64,000 nt of DNA from assembly GCA_963771275.1 (NCBI GenBank), contig CAVYSW010000003.1, positions 384,001-448,000 on the forward strand, written 5' to 3'. Under the pieces are notes generated by a model that was not told where the DNA came from, did not search any database, and saw only the letters and a list, made by a program, of their open reading frames with translations. A program made the translations under genes and the position numbers. Each line of letters starts with the position of its first letter. Position 1 is the stretch's first letter. The stretch is from an uncultured Gemmatimonadales bacterium. Its GTDB lineage: Bacteria; Gemmatimonadota; Gemmatimonadetes; Gemmatimonadales; GWC2-71-9. Below are positions 40,128 to 52,493 of this stretch, piece after piece.

Positions 40128-40511
40128 ATGGAGGGGTACAAGGCACTCCACAGCTGGCGGCTGGCGCGACAACTGTGCCTTGGGGTGCTCGAGGCGACGG
40201 ACGGATCGCTGCCCCGACGGGCGTGGACCGTGGTCGACCAGCTTCGGCGAGCAGCCGTTTCCGTGGATGTGAACCTCGTTGAGGGGTACGCGCTCGGGAC
40301 CGTACCGCTCTTTCGCCGTCACGCACGCATTGCCCTGGGTTCCGCGGCAGAGGCCCAGCGCTTGCTGACAATCGCTGCCGAACGGGGCTACCTGGCGCGA
40401 GACACAACGGTCGAGCTGCTCAGCCTGGCGGATAGGACCGTGGCATGTCTGGTGGGACTGCTGCGTAGCCGGAACCTCGTCGTTACCCAAAGGTCACCAC
40501 CCGATAGGTGA
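40128..40511 (+). CDS. four helix bundle protein (TIGR02436 / 23S rRNA intervening-sequence protein / Avd-like)
   Basis: L.SW..A..L, DQLRRAAVSV..N..EG, F..H..IALGS..E, GYL; 127 aa. Confidence 0.9.
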   Translation: MEGYKALHSWRLARQLCLGVLEATDGSLPRRAWTVVDQLRRAAVSVDVNLVEGYALGTVPLFRRHARIALGSAAEAQRLLTIAAERGYLARDTTVELLSLADRTVACLVGLLRSRNLVVTQRSPPDR

Positions 40512-40670
40512 CGGCTATCGGCTATCGGCTATCGGCTATCGGCTATCGGCTATCGGCTATCGGCTATCGGCTATCGGCTATCGGCTATCGGCTATCGGCT
40601 ATCGGCTATCGGCTATCGGCTATCGGCTATCGGCCATCGGCCATCGGCTAACGGCCAACGGCTATCGGCC
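40512..40670 (-). repeat. heptamer tandem array (CGGCTAT)17 plus 5 mostly degenerate copies, inverted relative to 39999-40054
   Basis: perfect copies 40512-40630, then CGGCCAT x2, CGGCTAA, CGGCCAA, CGGCTAT. Confidence 0.97.
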
Positions 40671-41415
40671 CAACAGGGCAAGCCCCACATCGTACAGGGC
40701 GTGGGTCCAGGCGGTGATGCCGAAGCCGCGCGCGACGTACAGCCCGGACAGCAACAGTCCCGCGACGGCGCGAAACGTGCAGGACGCCAGCGTCAGCGTG
40801 TCGCCGTAGGGACCGACGTAGTGGAAGGCCGAGAAGATCAGCGCGCTCAACGACGAGCGCGGCACCGACGGCCACCGGCCGGCGCCAGCCAAGTGCGATC
40901 CCCAGGCTGGTGAGCCCCGACACGAGCAGCACCCGGAACAGCAGCTCCTCGTAGATGCCGGCGCCCAGCGAGATCACGAGCTGCCCACCCAGCGACAGGC
41001 TGGCGACCCCGCCGCCTGCCGCGGCGCCGCCCTGCGCGACCGCGAGCGTCGGATGGAGCAGCAGCGTCGTGAGCGCCGAGGCCACACTGCCGAACACGAT
41101 GGCGTACACGACGCTTTCGCCCAGCATGCCGAGGAAGTAGCGGCGTTCGAGCCGGCCGGGATGCCGCCGCCGGTCGCGCCACACGAACCACCCGCCGGCG
41201 CCGAGCACCACCAGCGTGAACAGCGCGACCCCGTGCCGCCCGCCCAGTGCCAGAAACGCGGTCTTCAACAGCACGTCCGCGCCGTTGCGCACCCCGGCGA
41301 ACGCCGACCGGGTCATGCCGAACGAGAGCCCCTCGTACAGCAACAGCAGGGGTAACGCGAACAGCAGGCTGTAGCGCGACTCGCGCGCGGCGGTCCAGTA
41401 CGCCCGTAGCCTCAT
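40662..41415 (-). pseudogene. CPBP (Abi/CAAX) intramembrane glutamic endopeptidase, frameshifted near 40851
   Basis: EELLFR in one frame; FSAFHY and HALYD in another; genuine lesion or sequencing error. Confidence 0.75.
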
Positions 41416-41444
41416 GCGCGCGAAGCTAGCACATTCGAAGTGCC

Positions 41445-42721
41445 ATGGAAACGGCGTATCGCACCGTCGCGTGGGTGTTGCATCGCCTGCCGCTTCGCGC
41501 GAGCAGACTGGCGGACAGTCTCGCGGGCCGGCGTGCGGCACCGGAGCGCTGGCGGGCATGGGCGGACCACCATCGGCGCGATGGGCGCCTCGTGTGGCTG
41601 CACGCGGCATCGGTGGGCGAAGCGCTCGCCGCCGACCCGGTCGTGCGGCGGCTGCGCGCGGCGCTGCCCGGCTTGCAGGTCGACGCTCACCCACACGTCG
41701 CCATCGGTCACCGACGAGGAGCGGCTGGCCGGGGCGGACCACGCCGACTACCTGCCGCTCGACGAGCCGCGGCCTATCGCGCGCACGCTCGACGCGCTCC
41801 GCCCCGACCTCCTGCTGTTGAGCCGCGGGGACCTTTGGCCCGAGCTTGTCCGCCAGGTGCAGGCCCGGGGCGTACCGGTGGCCGTCACGGGAGGGATCGT
41901 GCGCTCGCGCAGCGGCCGACTGCGCTGGCCGGCGCGCGCCGTGCTGCGCCCTGCCTGCCGACGGCTCGCCTACGTGGGCGCCGTGACCGACGGCGACGCC
42001 GAGCGGTGGCGCCGGCTCGGCGTCCTCGAGGACAGGGTCGAGGTCACGGGCGACCCGCGCCACGATCAGCTGATCGAGCGCCCGGTCAATTGGAGATGCT
42101 CGAGCCGCTGCGGTCCTGGACCCGCCCATGTGTGATCGTGGGCGGCAGCGTCGAGCACTCGGATGAGCGTGCGTGCTTGCCGCCGCGGCGGTACTGGCTT
42201 CGGACCCCACAATCCGCTGGCTCATCGTCCCGCACGATCCCGGCTCGGTCGCTGTGCGGCGGCTGCTTTCGGGGGCCCGATCCCGGGGGCTGGCGGCCGC
42301 CGCCTGGTCCGGCGAGGCCTCGCCGCCCGCCGACGCGGTGCTCCTCGTCGTCACAACACGCGGCCTGCTGGCCGACCTCTACGCTCTTGGATCCATCGCC
42401 TATGTGGGCGGCGGGTACCGGCGCGGGGGCCTCCACGCCGTCGCCGAGCCGGCGGTCCTTGGGCTGCCGGTCCTGTTCGGACCGTGTTGGCGGGAGCATC
42501 GCGACGCGGCGTCGCTGATCGCCTGCGGGGGCGGCGTCGGGATCGACGGGGCCGCCGACCTCCTCGCTCACCTCCGGGAGTGGCGGGCGGAGCCCGACCT
42601 CCGGAGCAAGGCAGGTCTGCAGGCTCGGAGCATGCTGGACCAGGGCGCCGCGGTGCGGACGGTGAGCGGGTTGCTCAGTCGCGCGCTTTTGGTTCAGCCG
42701 GCCCGAGCCGGGGCGATGTGA
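41445..42721 (+). pseudogene. waaA: Kdo transferase (3-deoxy-D-manno-octulosonic acid transferase), three frameshifts (~41681, ~42089, ~42172)
   Basis: WLHAASVGE, YLPLD, DLWPE, VTGDPRHD, IVPHDP, AYVGGG...HAVAEPA...FGP spread over three frames. Confidence 0.8.
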
Positions 42722-42723
42722 AA

Positions 42724-42752
42724 GCGGGGCGTTCCAACGTGGAACGCCCCGC
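42724..42752. terminator. hairpin terminator between convergent genes
   Basis: GCGGGGCGTTCCA-ACG-TGGAACGCCCCGC flanked by AAA and AGTTT. Confidence 0.75.
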
Positions 42753-42783
42753 AGTTTCTACTGGGGTCAGCTGATTTCGCTAA

Positions 42784-43437
42784 TCAGCCACCCGTCTTGA
42801 ACGTGTAGTGCAGACCGCCGCCGAACAGGAACGGGCTGCCGCCGCTCACGTTCGTGTAATCGAGGGCGATGTCGAACCCGACGCCCATCGGGAGCCCGAA
42901 GCTAATGCCGCCCGAGCCACCGAACTTCGTGGTGCTCGCCCAGGTGCCGGTGCCCGGATCGACTCGCAGATAGCGGAGCCCCGGGGAGACCCACGGCACG
43001 ACGGAAATGCCCGACGCCGGGACCTTAAGGGCGAGAGTAACGCCCGCCGGGACGGTCATGGTCTTGAAGCCCGACTTGCTCATATAGCCCAGGCCGGCGA
43101 CGACTCCCACCTTCACCGGAAGGCTCTCACCCAACGGGAGGTTCACTCCCACATTGCCGCCGAACGACACGGCCTTCAGGCCGCCGCTCGACATGTCGAA
43201 GTACGACGCACCGGCGCCAACCCAGAACATATTGGCACCATAGGTCAGCATGCCGCCGACGCTGCTGGTCTTGCCGGATGCATCGTTCAGCCCCTTGCCG
43301 AACATGCCAGACACGGTGACGCCCGCCGCAGCCGGCGCGTAGTTGTACGCCGGCAGGCCCGCGAGCTGGGCAGCGGCCGGCGCCGCGAACAGGACCAGCG
43401 CCAAGGCGGCGATGGAGACACGAGACACGACTTTCAT
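42784..43437 (-). CDS. outer membrane beta-barrel protein
   Basis: signal peptide AAA-QL, Gly/aromatic amphipathic strands, C-terminal GLHYTF. Confidence 0.75.
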   Translation of the reverse strand: MKVVSRVSIAALALVLFAAPAAAQLAGLPAYNYAPAAAGVTVSGMFGKGLNDASGKTSSVGGMLTYGANMFWVGAGASYFDMSSGGLKAVSFGGNVGVNLPLGESLPVKVGVVAGLGYMSKSGFKTMTVPAGVTLALKVPASGISVVPWVSPGLRYLRVDPGTGTWASTTKFGGSGGISFGLPMGVGFDIALDYTNVSGGSPFLFGGGLHYTFKTGG

Positions 43438-43658
43438 CAGAACATCTCCAGAGAGAGTGGACACTTGGCTCAGATGCTCAACTCACGAGCCGGCCCCGTG
43501 CCGACCCGGAAACCCCCATCTCACAAGGCACTAATAGCTATAAACCCAACGGACTACAGTCAATACCCTGCACTCTGCAAGCCGACTTGACTACCCCCCC
43601 GGGGCCGCCCCACAGCCCGCCAGCCACGGCCGGATCTGGCCGCCGGGAGGGACCCACC

Positions 43659-44264
43659 TCACCGAATCCAGACTGCACTGATCGAGATTCCCTCGGGCGC
43701 CCACGTGCTCCCGAAGCCCCCGCTCACCCGCGCATCGAAGAACCGGCTGAGCCGCACGTCGGCGCCCAGACCGAAGCTGAAGCCGGCATGGCCACCCGGA
43801 TCGCCAAACACCATGTTGAGGGTGGGCTGCACGTAGGGAATGACGCTGATGTCGGAGTTCTCCAGGTTGAGACGCCGACCGAGCGACAGGCCGACCGGGA
43901 TGTTGCCGGTTGTGCCCCCATCGAAGGCGAACCCCAAGCCCAAGATGATGGCGCCGTCCAGCGGCATCTGCTCGGAGTGCGTCAGGACGCGGCCCCGCCC
44001 CTCGACGCCGAGGAGGACTGGGTCATCGCCCGGGGTGAACGCCATACCGCCGCGCAGCCCGATGTCGAACGCCCGGTAGCCGAAGCGGAACTGCCCTTCG
44101 AGCCCCGTGACATCGCCCGTATTGAAGCTCACCGTGCCGCCGAACTCGTATTTCGCGAACGCCCGATACGGCGCGTTGAACGACGCCGTCCCCGTGGCCT
44201 GCGCCGCCGCGCTGCCGCTCGCGATCATCAGGCCAAGACCCACCGCTGCCAGCCGACCCGTCAT
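43659..44264 (-). CDS. outer membrane beta-barrel protein
   Basis: ATG 44264 after GAGGAGG; signal peptide AAA-QA; amphipathic strands. Confidence 0.7.
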   Translation of the reverse strand: MTGRLAAVGLGLMIASGSAAAQATGTASFNAPYRAFAKYEFGGTVSFNTGDVTGLEGQFRFGYRAFDIGLRGGMAFTPGDDPVLLGVEGRGRVLTHSEQMPLDGAIILGLGFAFDGGTTGNIPVGLSLGRRLNLENSDISVIPYVQPTLNMVFGDPGGHAGFSFGLGADVRLSRFFDARVSGGFGSTWAPEGISISAVWIR

Positions 44265-44275
44265 GCCCTGCCTCC

Positions 44276-44538
44276 TCAGTGAGATGTCTCGGGGGCGACG
44301 CCCGCGGATTCGGCGACCACGCGGACCGTGTCGTGTACGACCTGCAGGAACCCGCCCCGAACGCGAAAGTTCCATGCGGTGGTTCCGGCGTGCACTTGGA
44401 GCCGGCCCGCTCCCAGCAGCGTCATGAACGGCGCGTGCCGCGGCAGAATGCCCACCTCGCCGTCGTAGGCCGGCGCCACCACCGACGTGGCATCCCCATC
44501 AAAAACGACTCCCTCGGGAGAAATCACCGTGACGTGCA

Positions 44539-44539
<1 letters not shown>
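44276..44539 (-). CDS. atpC: ATP synthase F1 epsilon subunit (N-terminal domain only)
   Basis: VISPE, GEVGILPRHAP, GGFLQV; follows atpD. Confidence 0.92.
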
Positions 44540-48483
<3,944 letters not shown>

Positions 48484-48531
48484 GTAGGCTGCCACACCCT
48501 GGTTGAGGGGTCGCAAACAACGCTGCGGAAG

Positions 48532-48551
48532 CTTGTGAAAAGCGTCACAAG
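48532..48551. promoter_or_regulatory. Rex-type (or CRP-type) palindromic operator upstream of atpA
   Basis: CTTGTGAAAAGCGTCACAAG vs Rex consensus TTGTGAANNNNTTCACAA; abuts minus-strand TTGAGG-16-TATCTT. Confidence 0.65.
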
Positions 48552-48601
48552 ATAACTAATCTGCCCGGCTCCTCAAAGCGGCGCCGGTCCTTGTTCCGCG
48601 C

Positions 48602-49369
48602 TCAAATCCTACTGCGGGTGCGGCCACGGAGGAAGTGCTGCAACACGCCGCGCGGACCGAGTTGCGCCAGTTCGGCGGGTGCGACGCCAGCAATGCGCCG
48701 CGCCGTCGCCGCGAAGTGGCCCGGTGAGGAGAACCGGAGGATGCGCGCGACGGCCTCGTCGTCGTAGCCCGGGCTCGCGAGCAGGTCCGCGGCGCAGGCG
48801 GTGCGCGCGAGGTCGATCACGCGCTTGAGATTCGGCGCTCCCCCGGCCGCGAACTCGCGCGAGAGGTGCTCGCGGCTCCGGCGCAGCGCACGAGCGATGT
48901 CCGCTGTCGTCGTGCGGACGCCGACCCGCGCGAGCGCCTCGTCCCACGCGGCGCGCTGGATCGGCTCCGTGAGCCGGAGCAGACGCGGTCCGTCCGCCAG
49001 CTGCCGCCCGCGCCGGCGGCCGGCGGAGCGCGCCGTGATCAGCTCACCCGCCACGGGCTCATCCACCCCTTCGACGAGCACGCCGCCGAGCCCGGCGTCC
49101 CCGCACGCCGCCAGCGTCTGCCCGTCGTCCGGGCGGAACGGGCCGAAGGCGAACACGGGAATCGCCGGGAAATCCGCAGCCAGGGACGCCGCTTCCATGA
49201 GCCAGCCGGGCGCGAGGCCGACGACGACCGCGTCCGCCAGGTCGCGGCGCAGCAGGGTACGCGCAGCGGCGAACGAGCGGCAGGCCCGGACGCGGACGTG
49301 GCGTGGGAGCCCCCGCCGCATCGCCGCGCGCTGGGGCGCATTCACCCCCACGGTCGGCACGACCGGCAT
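48602..49369 (-). CDS. AraC-family HTH regulator with receiver-like N-terminus
   Basis: IARALRRSREHLSREF and VARILRFSSPGHF double HTH. Confidence 0.75.
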   Translation of the reverse strand: MPVVPTVGVNAPQRAAMRRGLPRHVRVRACRSFAAARTLLRRDLADAVVVGLAPGWLMEAASLAADFPAIPVFAFGPFRPDDGQTLAACGDAGLGGVLVEGVDEPVAGELITARSAGRRRGRQLADGPRLLRLTEPIQRAAWDEALARVGVRTTTADIARALRRSREHLSREFAAGGAPNLKRVIDLARTACAADLLASPGYDDEAVARILRFSSPGHFAATARRIAGVAPAELAQLGPRGVLQHFLRGRTRSRI

Positions 49370-49370
49370 G

Positions 49371-49829
49371 CTACCCCGCGGCCTCCCCGGGAAGCTCGGC
49401 GCCATCGACCAGATCGCGCGCCGAGGTGAGGACGCTCCGGGCGTTCGCATGGGTGAGCTTGTCGCGTGCCGCTTGGTAGGCGAGCCAGGTGCAGGCCGCG
49501 ATGCCTTCGTCCGCCTGCGGCGTCGGGTCGCCCGTGACGGAGGTGAACAGGAAGAAGTGGCAGAACTTGTGGATCAGCCGGCCGCGGTGGCGAAAATACC
49601 AGTCGATGCAGCCTAGCGGCTCGTGCAACGCCAGGTCCGTGAGCCCCGTTTCTTCCTCCACCTCGCGCCGCGCCGCCGCCTCGGGACTCTCTCCCTCATC
49701 GAGATGCCCCTTGGGGAACCCCCAGTTGCGGTGCCCGTCGTGGATCAGCAGATAGCGCACCTCGCCGTCTCTGCGGCGCACGACCACCCCGCCGGCGCTG
49801 GTCTCCCGTCGTGCGCGCTGTCGCCCCAC
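49371..49829 (-). CDS. NUDIX hydrolase (Ap4A hydrolase-like)
   Basis: SAGGVV, WGFPKGHLDEGESPEAAARREVEEETGL Nudix box. Confidence 0.9.
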   Translation of the reverse strand: MGRQRARRETSAGGVVVRRRDGEVRYLLIHDGHRNWGFPKGHLDEGESPEAAARREVEEETGLTDLALHEPLGCIDWYFRHRGRLIHKFCHFFLFTSVTGDPTPQADEGIAACTWLAYQAARDKLTHANARSVLTSARDLVDGAELPGEAAG

Positions 49830-49838
49830 GTCGATCCC

Positions 49839-50846
49839 TCAGAAGACGGAGAACTTGAAGTACTTGCGCGGGTTCGCCTGAATGTCGGCGAGGAGACTCC
49901 GCAGCTGCTGGACCGCAAGTGTCGTCTCGCGATACAGGGTCGAGTCCCCCACCAGCAGGCCGACCGTTCCCGAGCGGTTCGCGATGCGGCTCATGACGCT
50001 GTCCGCCGCCTGCAGGACCCGCACCATGCTCTGTTGGTTGGCCCGCGCGGCGGCCATCAGCTCCCCGAACGCTTCGGAGGCCTGGCGCATCTGCTGCGAG
50101 GTCGCCGCGGTGTTGTCGAGAATCCGCTTCAGCTCGCCCTGGTTGGTGGCGGAGTCCACCCGCGCCAGCGAGGACTGCAGGCTCGCAGCCGCGTGAACCA
50201 GCACGTCCGATCCCTGACCGAGCCGTTCGCCCACACCACGCAGCACAGTGGTCTGCTGCTCCGTGAACTGGGCGATCTGCTGAGCCACCTGGCCGAAGTC
50301 CCGGATCGACTGCTGCAACTGGCGCACCGCGGAGGAGTCGAACGCCTCCTGGACGCGGGACGAGACGGCCGAGATGTCGGTGGCGATCCGGCTGGCCTGC
50401 GCGGTGAGCTGGCCGATGTCGGGGAGCGTCGCCCCCGGCCAGAGGCCGCCGCCCTCCTGCCGGGCCTCCTCGAGCGCGCGCCGCACGTTGGGATCGTCCG
50501 GCGGCTGATCCAGGCTGATGATGCCCGCCTGCCATTCGCCGAAGAACGAGGCCGACGCGGCGACGATGGCCGGGTGAGGGGGAATCACGACGTCGCGGTA
50601 CACCTGAAGCTCCGCCTCGACCCAGTTGCGCTCCCCCAGGCGGATCTGCGCCACGCGCCCCACGCGAACGCCGCGCAGCACCACGGGATCTCCCACCCCG
50701 AGCCCGCCCACCGTGCGGAAGCGCGCCGTGTGGGTCTCCCCACCCTGGCCGAGGTCCGCGCGGGACAACCAGATGGCCCCCGCCACGACCAGAAACAGAG
50801 CCGCGAACACCGTCGCCCCGACGACGATCTCGTCCCGCCGTTTCAC
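49839..50846 (-). CDS. mlaD: MlaD/MCE family protein
   Basis: TM helix, GLGVGDPVVLRGVRVGRV MCE motif, coiled coil, NPRKY tail. Confidence 0.88.
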   Translation of the reverse strand: MKRRDEIVVGATVFAALFLVVAGAIWLSRADLGQGGETHTARFRTVGGLGVGDPVVLRGVRVGRVAQIRLGERNWVEAELQVYRDVVIPPHPAIVAASASFFGEWQAGIISLDQPPDDPNVRRALEEARQEGGGLWPGATLPDIGQLTAQASRIATDISAVSSRVQEAFDSSAVRQLQQSIRDFGQVAQQIAQFTEQQTTVLRGVGERLGQGSDVLVHAAASLQSSLARVDSATNQGELKRILDNTAATSQQMRQASEAFGELMAAARANQQSMVRVLQAADSVMSRIANRSGTVGLLVGDSTLYRETTLAVQQLRSLLADIQANPRKYFKFSVF

Positions 50847-51607
50847 GGCAGAGCTCCCGCCGCCCGCTCCGCCTCGTCGGCGGCCTCCGGACGACCCTCG
50901 ATGAACTGGCGCACCACGGGGTCGTGGCTGCCACGGATCTGCGCCGCGCTCCCCACCTCCCGTACAGCCCCGCGATAGAGCATGGCAACGCGGTCGCCCA
51001 CGGCGAACGCGCTCCGCATGTCGTGCGTCACCACCACGCTGGTCACCCCGTACGTCTCCCGCGTGCGGATCATCAGCTGGTCCATCACGGCCGCGGTGAC
51101 GGGGTCGAGCCCCGTCGTGGGCTCATCATATAGGATATAGCGGGGGCGCAGCGCAATCGCCCGGGCAATCCCCACCCGCTTGCGCATGCCGCCCGACAGC
51201 TCCGCCGGAAACCGCCCCTCGCTGCCCGCCAGGCCGACGAGGCTCAACGCTTCCTGCGTCCGCTCGGTGATGTCTGCCGCGCCGAGGCCCTGGCGGCGCA
51301 GGCCCAGCGCGAGGTTCTCCGCCACCGTCATCGAGTCGAACAGGGCTGCGAACTGGAAGACGAATCCGATCCGCGCTCGGAGCGCCGTGAGCCCCTGGCG
51401 GTCGAGCTCGTGGACGACCACGTCGTCGACTTCGACGGCGCCGAAATCCGGCTCGAGCAGCCCGACGATCAGCTTGAGCGCGACGCTCTTGCCGCTCCCC
51501 GTGTAGCCGACGATGACGGTGGTCTCCCCGTCCGGGATCTCGAGGGCGAAGCCCTCCAGCACCCGCTTCTCGCCGAAGCTCTTGTGGACGTCGCGGAAGA
51601 CGATCAC
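50843..51607 (-). CDS. mlaF: MlaF-like ABC ATPase
   Basis: GYTGSGKS, FQFAALFDS, LSGGMRKRV, YDEPTTGLDP. Confidence 0.92.
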   Translation of the reverse strand: MIVFRDVHKSFGEKRVLEGFALEIPDGETTVIVGYTGSGKSVALKLIVGLLEPDFGAVEVDDVVVHELDRQGLTALRARIGFVFQFAALFDSMTVAENLALGLRRQGLGAADITERTQEALSLVGLAGSEGRFPAELSGGMRKRVGIARAIALRPRYILYDEPTTGLDPVTAAVMDQLMIRTRETYGVTSVVVTHDMRSAFAVGDRVAMLYRGAVREVGSAAQIRGSHDPVVRQFIEGRPEAADEAERAAGALP

Positions 51608-52365
51608 AGGAGCACCACCGCCCAGAAGGCGTCGAGCACGAGAATCACTTGGGCGCCGAGTACCACCGCCTGCGTCGTGGCCCGGCCCACTTCTTCCGCG
51701 CCCTGGCGCACGGCCAGCCCTCGCGCACACCCAATCAGGGCGATCGCGAACCCGAACGATGTGCCCTTCAGCAGCCCGAACCAGATGTCCTTGGCGTGAT
51801 AGAAGAGTCGCAGGCCGCGGACGAACTCCACGGTGGTGAGGTCGAGCATGTTGACCGCCGCCACGAGGCCGGACAGCACGCCGGTCGCCATCGCGCAGGC
51901 GACGACCACCGGGAACATCAGCGTCGCGGCGGTGACGCGCGGAACCACGAGGTAGGAGATCGGGTCGTAGGCGAGCGTCTCGAGCGCGTCGACCTGTTCC
52001 GTGACACGCATCGTGCCGAGCTCGGCGGCGATGTTGGCGCCGACGCGTCCCGCCAGGGCAATCCCCGTGAGCACGGGACCGAGCTCGAGCATGATCGATT
52101 TCCCGACCGCCGTGCCCACGAAGTAGAGCGGCACGGCGCCGGTAAACGTGTAGGAGGCCTGCAGCGCGAGGACGATGCCGGTGAAGGTCGCGATGAACAG
52201 CGCGATCGGCAGCGAATCGACACCGATGCGCCGCATCTGGACCAGCGTGAGGCGGGGCCACACGTCCGTGTCCTGGAAGCCCCGGACCAGGTCGCCGAGC
52301 AACTGGCCGAGGCGGCCGAGCGCCGCCAGTGAGCGGCGCACCCGATCGAGCACGAAGCGGCGCAC
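51604..52365 (-). CDS. mlaE: MlaE-like ABC permease
   Basis: ELGPVLT, AELGTMRVTEQVDAL, GAEEVGRATT. Confidence 0.92.
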   Translation of the reverse strand: MRRFVLDRVRRSLAALGRLGQLLGDLVRGFQDTDVWPRLTLVQMRRIGVDSLPIALFIATFTGIVLALQASYTFTGAVPLYFVGTAVGKSIMLELGPVLTGIALAGRVGANIAAELGTMRVTEQVDALETLAYDPISYLVVPRVTAATLMFPVVVACAMATGVLSGLVAAVNMLDLTTVEFVRGLRLFYHAKDIWFGLLKGTSFGFAIALIGCARGLAVRQGAEEVGRATTQAVVLGAQVILVLDAFWAVVLL

Positions 52366-52379
52366 GCGGCGAATGTAAC

Positions 52380-52480
52380 AGACGGGGGCAGAGACGAGGA
52401 GGGGCAGAGACGACGACGGGGGCAGAGACGAGAACGGGGCAGAGAGACGCGCGTCTCTCCTGCCCCTCTGCCCCCCTGCC
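52380..52480. repeat. tandem GGGGCAGAGA repeats followed by inverted CTGCCCC units
   Basis: four GGGGCAGAGA(CG) units, then CGTCTCTC-CTGCCCC-TCTGCCCC-CCTGCC. Confidence 0.75.
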
Positions 52481-52493
52481 GCGGGCCGCTACA

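Noticed and set aside
40128..40511. Diversity-generating retroelement (Avd-like gene)
   Set aside because: No reverse transcriptase and no TR/VR pair differing at adenines was seen in the window.
39999..40670. CRISPR array interpretation of the repeats
   Set aside because: Units are contiguous 7-mers with no unique spacers, and no cas genes are present.
41427..41446. sigma54 promoter TGGCAC on the minus strand
   Set aside because: GG-to-GC spacing is 12 rather than 10; an extended -10 explains the region better.
40648..42354. 568-aa ORF
   Set aside because: Composite of antisense waaA, the true CPBP N-terminal part and a frameshifted tail.
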